A stretch of DNA of 64,000 nt from the NCBI GenBank assembly GCA_963782055.1, contig CAWAIF010000003.1, positions 6,592,001-6,656,000 of the forward strand. The letters are read 5' to 3'. How positions within the stretch are numbered: the first letter of the stretch is position 1; each line of letters opens with the position of its first letter. The position numbers and the translations under genes were made by a program. Shown in pieces: positions 58,228 to 64,000 of the stretch. This DNA comes from an uncultured delta proteobacterium. Lineage in GTDB: Bacteria; Myxococcota_A; Polyangia; Polyangiales; Polyangiaceae. The notes below the pieces were generated by a model. It had not been told where the DNA came from. It saw only the letters and a list, made by a program, of their open reading frames with translations, and did no database searches.

Positions 58228-60876
58228 TCAGAGCGCGGAGACGAGCACCTCGCGATCCTTGGCGCCGCTGGGCGGGCCCACCACCCCCTGCTTCTCCATC
58301 ATCTCCACGATGCGCGCGGCGCGGTTGTAGCCGAGGCCCAGCTTGCGCTGCAGCCACGAGGTGGAGCAGCGACGCGTCTCGGCCACGAGGCGCACGGCCT
58401 CGTCGTACATGGAGTCCTTGTCCATCTCGGCTTCATCGCTCGCGCCGCCGTCCTCGTCGCGCGGGCGCAGGATGTTCTCGTCGTAGATGGGGTCGCCCTG
58501 CGTGCGCAGGTGATCGACCACCGACTGCACCTCTTCCTCGGTGATCATCGGGCACTGCACGCGCCGGGTGTCGTTGGTGCCGTTCAGCTTGATGAGCATG
58601 TCGCCGCGGCCGAGCAGGTGCTCGGCGCCCTGCTCGTCCAGGATGGTGCGGCTGTCCACCTTCTGCGAGACGCGGAAGGCGGCGCGCGTCGGGAAGTTCG
58701 CCTTGATCATGCCGGTGATGACGTCGACGCTCGGGCGCTGCGTGGCGAGGATGACGTGCATGCCGGCGGCGCGGGCCTTCTGCGCGAGCCGCGCCACCGC
58801 CGCCTCCACCTCCTTGCCCTGCTGCATCATCAGGTCGGCGAACTCGTCGACGACCAGCACGATGAAGGGGATCTTCTCCGGGAGCGGCACCTCACCCTCG
58901 TCCGACCCGCTCTCCGGCTTGATCGCCTCCGGCAGGCCGTTGTGGTCCTTCGCCAGGACCACCTTGGCGAAGGGGTTCTTCGCCTCGCCGCGGCACACGC
59001 GCCCAACCCAGTTGTTGTAGGTGGTGATGTTCTTGGTGCCCGCGTCGGCGAAGAGCTGGTAGCGGCGCTCCATCTCGTCGACGGCCCACTTGAGCGCCGT
59101 CGCGGCCTGCTTCATGTCGGTGACGACCGGCAGCAGCATGTGCGGGATGCGGTCGAAGGGGGCGAGCTCGACGACCTTCGGGTCGATCATGAGCAGGCGC
59201 AGCTCCTCCGGCGAGCGCCGGTAGAGCAGCGAGGTGAGCATGACGTTGAGGCCGACGCTCTTGCCGGCGCCGGTCGCGCCCGCGACGATGACGTGCGGCA
59301 TGCTCGCGAGATCGGCGTAGACGGGATGGCCCTGGATGTCGCGGCCGAGCACCACCGGCAGCGGCGCGGCGAGCGTCTGGAAGCGGCGGTCCTCGATGAG
59401 ATCCCGCAGGTTGACCGGCACGCGCCGGTCGTTCTGCACCTCGAAGCCGATGCGGTTCTTGCCCGGGATGGGCGCGACGATGCGCACCTTCTTGGCGAGG
59501 GCGAGCGCCAGGTCGTCGGCGAGACCGGCGACCTTGGACACCTTGGTCCCCGGGGCGGTGGTGACCTCGAAGGTGGTGACCGTCGGGCCGGGGAGCACCT
59601 CCTCGACCTTGCCCGTGACGCCGTAGTCGGAGAGGGTCTTTTCCAGCAGCTCGGCGCTGCGGTACAGCTGCTCCTTGTCGATGGCGAGGCTGGCCTCCGG
59701 TCCCGCGGGCACCAGGAAGTCGATCGGCGGTAGCACGTAGGTGTCGCGCGACTGCTCGCGGGCGGCCGGCCTGGCAGGCTCCTTCTCCAGCGCCGCCGAG
59801 GTGTCGACGATGGTCATCGCGTTCGGCTTCGCCTTCGGGGCGCGCCTGCGCTTCGGTGTCGCCTCTTCCGCCGGCGCCGCCTCTTCGGCCGGCGACTCCT
59901 CTTCCGCCGGCGACTCCTCGACGGCGGTCGGCTCCTCCTCAGCCTGCAGGGCCGCCGGCGCGGCCTTCTTGCGGGCGCGCTTCGGCCTGGGGGACGCGGT
60001 CTCCACCTCCGCCGCCGCGGGTGAGGTGCTGACCGAGAGGGCCTCCGCGCACGCCTCGGAGAGCTCCACCTCCGGCGGGCCGTCGGTGGGGTCGTCGTCC
60101 TCCTCCGCCGGGGGCAGCACCGCGATGGTGGCCTCGTCGCTCGGGGCCTCCAGCCGCGGCAGCTTGCGCAGGCGCTCCTGCTCCGCCTTCTCCCGCTCCA
60201 GGTCGCGCGCCGTCTTCCACGCCTCCGCGACGCTCCGCGCGCCCTTCGCCGTGCCCTCGGCGCTGCGCACGCTGAAGCGTCCGAGCAGCCGCATGAGCGC
60301 GATGAAGGAGAAGGACGCGCGGCCGATGAGCACCAGCCCGAGGCACGCGAAGCCGACGAGGAAGGAGCCCACCGTCGAGAAGAGGGATCGCATCACCTCG
60401 CCGAAGAGCTCGCCCACCACGCCGGACGCGGAGTGCACGCCGAACGCGGCGCGTCCCGGCCAGCCGACCTGCACCAGCGCCGCCGACAGCACGACGATGA
60501 GGAGATCGCCGCCGACGCGGGCGGGCGTGATCAGGCTGTCCTTGCCCCGCACGAAGGGAATGCCGAGCAGCAGCAGCTCCAGCGGCACCGCCCAGGCCAC
60601 GATCCCGACCGTGCCGACCAGCACGTGCGCGCAGGCCGCGCCGACAGGACCCACCCAGTCCGCCCCGTGCGTCCCCGCGGAGGGATCGCCGCCGTACGAC
60701 GCGAGCGCGAGCGAGAGGAAGATCGTGCCCATCCAGAGGAGGAGCGCGGCCACCTCCCTGCCCCGGGCGTGGGAGGCCCCCGGCCCGAGCACGCGGGCCT
60801 TCTTGATGTTGGGTGCGCCCTCTAGCGAGCGAACCCCCTCCACCTGACGGCGGGGAGCGAAGAGCGGGAACGCCAT
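58228..60876 (-). CDS. ftsK: DNA translocase FtsK
   Basis: N-terminal 4 TM; MPHVIVAGATGAGKSV, IDPK, VDEFADLM, LAQKARAAGMH, ATQRPSVDVITG; gamma domain LQRKLGLGYNRAARI. Confidence 0.98.
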   Translation of the reverse strand: MAFPLFAPRRQVEGVRSLEGAPNIKKARVLGPGASHARGREVAALLLWMGTIFLSLALASYGGDPSAGTHGADWVGPVGAACAHVLVGTVGIVAWAVPLELLLLGIPFVRGKDSLITPARVGGDLLIVVLSAALVQVGWPGRAAFGVHSASGVVGELFGEVMRSLFSTVGSFLVGFACLGLVLIGRASFSFIALMRLLGRFSVRSAEGTAKGARSVAEAWKTARDLEREKAEQERLRKLPRLEAPSDEATIAVLPPAEEDDDPTDGPPEVELSEACAEALSVSTSPAAAEVETASPRPKRARKKAAPAALQAEEEPTAVEESPAEEESPAEEAAPAEEATPKRRRAPKAKPNAMTIVDTSAALEKEPARPAAREQSRDTYVLPPIDFLVPAGPEASLAIDKEQLYRSAELLEKTLSDYGVTGKVEEVLPGPTVTTFEVTTAPGTKVSKVAGLADDLALALAKKVRIVAPIPGKNRIGFEVQNDRRVPVNLRDLIEDRRFQTLAAPLPVVLGRDIQGHPVYADLASMPHVIVAGATGAGKSVGLNVMLTSLLYRRSPEELRLLMIDPKVVELAPFDRIPHMLLPVVTDMKQAATALKWAVDEMERRYQLFADAGTKNITTYNNWVGRVCRGEAKNPFAKVVLAKDHNGLPEAIKPESGSDEGEVPLPEKIPFIVLVVDEFADLMMQQGKEVEAAVARLAQKARAAGMHVILATQRPSVDVITGMIKANFPTRAAFRVSQKVDSRTILDEQGAEHLLGRGDMLIKLNGTNDTRRVQCPMITEEEVQSVVDHLRTQGDPIYDENILRPRDEDGGASDEAEMDKDSMYDEAVRLVAETRRCSTSWLQRKLGLGYNRAARIVEMMEKQGVVGPPSGAKDREVLVSAL

Positions 60877-61131
60877 CCGTACCTTATCCTACATCGGAAC
60901 CTAGGGCGGGCGCGCCCAAGTGGCCAACTTCCTTGCGGTTGCGAAGGGCTTGGGCTCAGGCGAAGAGTTGCGTAGCATGGGGTCCCTCCCGGCCGGTTTC
61001 CGTTGCTGGCCATCTTTCGGCGTAGCGTCATGACCCACCGCGCACCGCCGCGTGCCGGTCGTGGCTGGGTTTTTCCTCTCGCCTTGCGAGCAGACTTCGG
61101 CGCAGGCGGATTTCCAAAGAAGGCATACGAG

Positions 61132-62751
61132 ATGGGCGACGAGTCGAGGAAGTCGACGTGGTTGCGTCTTGGACGGGCGTCAGCACTGGTCGGTGAGGTC
61201 GTGGTCGTCACGGCGCTGGCAGTGGGGATGCTCGCCCCGGCGCTCTCGGGCTGCGCCGTCAGCAGCGACGACGTGCACCGATGGGAGCGGACGGAGCGCG
61301 GACCGGACAAGCTGGTCGCGGTCCTCACCCACGACAAGTACTCCCTGCCGCTGCGGACCGAGGCGGCCATGTCGCTCATCCGCATGAAGCCGCGGGCCGG
61401 CAAGCGCATCGGCATCGACCTCCTGGTGAGCGCGCTCGCCTCGCTGGACGACGCGTCACGGCAGAAGATCGTCATCGGCATGACGCCCGAGCTCGTCAAG
61501 GAGATCGAGGCGCCCCCGCCGGAGAAGAAGCCCGACGGCACGGTGAGCGAGGCCGACCCGTCCATCCCCTACAAGGACGCGACCTTCGCCATGCTCTCGC
61601 ACGACCCGCCGCTCGTGAGCGACGAGAAGAGCAAGGCGGACCTCACCGCCGCGCTCATCCACTGGGGCGAGACGGACTTCGAGGACCGCATCGACAACAA
61701 CGCGCAGGCCTACGGCGTCGAGCAGATGATGCGTTTCCTGGGCGCCCCGGCCGTCAAGAACCTGCCGCCGCTCATGAACGAGCAGTCCACCAAGGTGGAC
61801 CGCATCGCCGCGCTCGTCGCCGACCTGGGGGATCCCGCCACCAAGCTCAAGGCCTCCGAGCAGCTCGTGACGCTCGCCAAGACGATCGACTCGACGGCCT
61901 GGATCGACAAGCAGCGCCCCCTGGTCGAGGACGCCAACAAGCGCGCCGGCAACAACAAGGTGACGCCCGAGCAGCTCCAGAAGCAGCTCGTCACCTACCA
62001 GGACCAGGAGATGACGAAGATCTTCTCCGCCATGAAGAAGGTCGGCGGTCGGCCGGTCATCGACTACTGCCTCGCCTACGCCGGGGACAAGGCCCACAGC
62101 GAGGACCGCCGCAAGGCGGCGCTGGCCGCGCTCGAGGGCCGCATCGACAAGGGCAACACCGCGGACATCGACAAGATCTTCGCCATCGCCAAGGAGGACG
62201 AGACCCCCGACTCCATCCGCGACCTCGCCTTCAGCCGGCTGGGCGAGCTCCCGAAGGAGCAGGTCGTCCCGAAGCTCTACACGCTGTTCGCGCCCCACAA
62301 CTGGAAGGTGCGCTGGGTGGCGGCGTCGCTCGTGCTCAAGACGATGACGACCAAGGGCATCCCGGAGTTCATGAAGCACCTGCCGGCCACGCCCTCGACG
62401 AAGATGGGCATGGGCGAGCCGATGGCCTACGCCGACCTCATCCACAAGATGAAGGCCGCCAAGGGCGAGCCGGAGCCGAAGCAGGCCATCACGCCCTACC
62501 TCGCCTCCCGCGAAACGGGGCCCAAGCTGACCGCCCTGGCCTTCTTCTATGGCGGCAAGAAGTCGGACGTTTCCGTGGTACAATCGTACGAGAACGACAA
62601 GGCATCGGTGCCGAAGTGCGACAAGGAGGACCAGTGCAACTGGCTCTGCGAGGTCCCCAAGGCACCCGGCTCTCAGGAGACGGTCCAGAAGCCCATCACG
62701 ACAGTGGGCGAGTTCGTGCAGTTCTGCATCGAACCGTCGATGACGAACTGA
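61132..62751 (+). CDS. Helical-repeat lipoprotein, unknown function
   Basis: Lipobox LSGC; HEAT-like segments (WKVRWVAASLVL); C-terminal Cys cluster; start uncertain. Confidence 0.75.
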   Translation: MGDESRKSTWLRLGRASALVGEVVVVTALAVGMLAPALSGCAVSSDDVHRWERTERGPDKLVAVLTHDKYSLPLRTEAAMSLIRMKPRAGKRIGIDLLVSALASLDDASRQKIVIGMTPELVKEIEAPPPEKKPDGTVSEADPSIPYKDATFAMLSHDPPLVSDEKSKADLTAALIHWGETDFEDRIDNNAQAYGVEQMMRFLGAPAVKNLPPLMNEQSTKVDRIAALVADLGDPATKLKASEQLVTLAKTIDSTAWIDKQRPLVEDANKRAGNNKVTPEQLQKQLVTYQDQEMTKIFSAMKKVGGRPVIDYCLAYAGDKAHSEDRRKAALAALEGRIDKGNTADIDKIFAIAKEDETPDSIRDLAFSRLGELPKEQVVPKLYTLFAPHNWKVRWVAASLVLKTMTTKGIPEFMKHLPATPSTKMGMGEPMAYADLIHKMKAAKGEPEPKQAITPYLASRETGPKLTALAFFYGGKKSDVSVVQSYENDKASVPKCDKEDQCNWLCEVPKAPGSQETVQKPITTVGEFVQFCIEPSMTN

Positions 62752-62778
62752 TTCTACTCAGGCGGTGTGCAGGTTGAG

Positions 62779-63630
62779 ATGAGCTCCGATCCGAACAAGA
62801 AGAGCGCACGATCGTTCCAGTGCCGGGACGTGCTCTGGGAGACGTTCGAGCAGATGGCCCGGGAGCTCGAGTGCAGCGTCGACTACCTCATCAACGAAGC
62901 GATGAAGCAGTACGCGCGGCAGCGTAGCTACGGACCCGGCGCGACCAAGACGCCGTACCCCGGCCAGCAGCCGATGGCGCAGGCCAGCGGCTACAGCGGG
63001 TCGCTCACGGGGGGCGGCGCGCTGCCGTCCAACGTGCCGACGCCGGCCGTGCCCGGGCCGCCGCAGATGCGCTCCCCCGGGCCGCTGCCGCCGCCTCCCG
63101 GTCGCCTCCCCCCACCACCGGCGCGCCCCTCCAACAGCGGCATGCCGATGCCCCCGCCACCGCGCGGGTTCGCGCCGCCGCCCATCTCGCCGGCGCTCAC
63201 ACCCCCGCCCCGCGCGCCGAGCTACGGGGGCTCGCCCTCGCGGCCGCCCCCGCCGCCGATGAGCTCGCCGCGCAGCGTTCCGCCGCCCATCCCGCGCGGA
63301 GGCCCGCCGCAGTACAACGGCTACCCCCAGCAGCAGCACGCCGTCCACGCGCCGATGCTGAGCGTCGTCTACAACAGCGAGAAGCTGCCCATCAACAAGG
63401 AGCGCTTCGTCATCGGCCGCGGCAAGCAGTCGAGCGACCTCACGCTCAAGGACCCGAACGTCTCGCGCCAGCACGCGATGATCGAGTTCCAGAACGGGGT
63501 CTACTTCATGGTGGACATGGGCTCGACCAACGGCGTCGAGTACAACGGCCAGCGCATCGCGCGGAAGCAGATCGCAGAGGGCGACATCTTCCGCATCTGC
63601 GACCACGAAGTACGCTTCACGTTCCGCTGA
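62779..63630 (+). CDS. Ribbon-helix-helix-like, Pro-rich linker and FHA domain protein
   Basis: RSFQCRDVLWETFEQMARELECSVDYLINEAM; FHA IGRG, VSRQHA, DMGSTNG. Confidence 0.88.
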   Translation: MSSDPNKKSARSFQCRDVLWETFEQMARELECSVDYLINEAMKQYARQRSYGPGATKTPYPGQQPMAQASGYSGSLTGGGALPSNVPTPAVPGPPQMRSPGPLPPPPGRLPPPPARPSNSGMPMPPPPRGFAPPPISPALTPPPRAPSYGGSPSRPPPPPMSSPRSVPPPIPRGGPPQYNGYPQQQHAVHAPMLSVVYNSEKLPINKERFVIGRGKQSSDLTLKDPNVSRQHAMIEFQNGVYFMVDMGSTNGVEYNGQRIARKQIAEGDIFRICDHEVRFTFR

Positions 63631-63641
63631 GTCGCCAGCCG

Positions 63642-64000
63642 ATGCCCGCGCCGCGGCCCATGCGCCGGTTGCCCGTGCTCGAGGCGCGGCGGCGCGAGAT
63701 GGAGCTGTGCGTCTACTGCCCGAAGCTCTGTCGCTCGGCGTGCCCCGTCTCCAACGCCGAGCCGCGCGAGACGATCATCCCCTGGGGGAAGATGTCGATG
63801 GCGTTCTTCGCGGCGAGGGGGGACGTGCCGGTCGATCCGTCGCACGCGGCGCCGGCGTGGGCGTGCACCGGGTGCATGGCGTGCCGCGAGGCGTGCGACC
63901 ACCGCAACGACGTGGCCGGCACGCTCTTCGACGCGCGCGGGGCGCTCGGCTCGGCGGGCGCGGCGCCGCCGGCGGCGACCCGGGCCCTCGCGGGGTTCGC
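63642..64000 (+). CDS. (Fe-S)-binding oxidoreductase (GlpC/HdrD-like), 3'-truncated by window edge
   Basis: Own translation: CVYCPKLCRSACP and CTGCMACREAC ferredoxin-type motifs. Confidence 0.8.
   Translation, partial: MPAPRPMRRLPVLEARRREMELCVYCPKLCRSACPVSNAEPRETIIPWGKMSMAFFAARGDVPVDPSHAAPAWACTGCMACREACDHRNDVAGTLFDARGALGSAGAAPPAATRALAGF

Overview
Very GC-rich core-genome segment, most likely from Myxococcota (Polyangiales/Sorangiineae-like, inferred from gene content and 16S appearance). It contains secA, cydAB, apbE, tadA, ttcA, pepA and ftsK, and a complete minus-strand rRNA operon (16S-tRNAIle-tRNAAla-23S-5S). There are two tRNA-Arg genes, many lipoproteins and several signalling proteins. 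No integrase, transposase, prophage or CRISPR was seen. The most striking unannotated element is at about 33113-33365 (minus strand): a sigma54 promoter, a structured ~225-nt non-coding transcript with 12 CUU repeats, and an intrinsic terminator, together a candidate novel sponge or anti-SD sRNA. Other oddities are a truncated PtsP-like protein lacking its phospho-His, a receiver domain fused to a histone-H1-like tail, and tRNA-Arg(ACG) directly upstream of its editing enzyme TadA. Upstream of the rRNA promoter lie a ~47-bp tandem array and DnaA-box-like motifs. Two genes are each broken by a single-base insertion next to GATC. All calls come from reading the sequence by eye; no searches were run.
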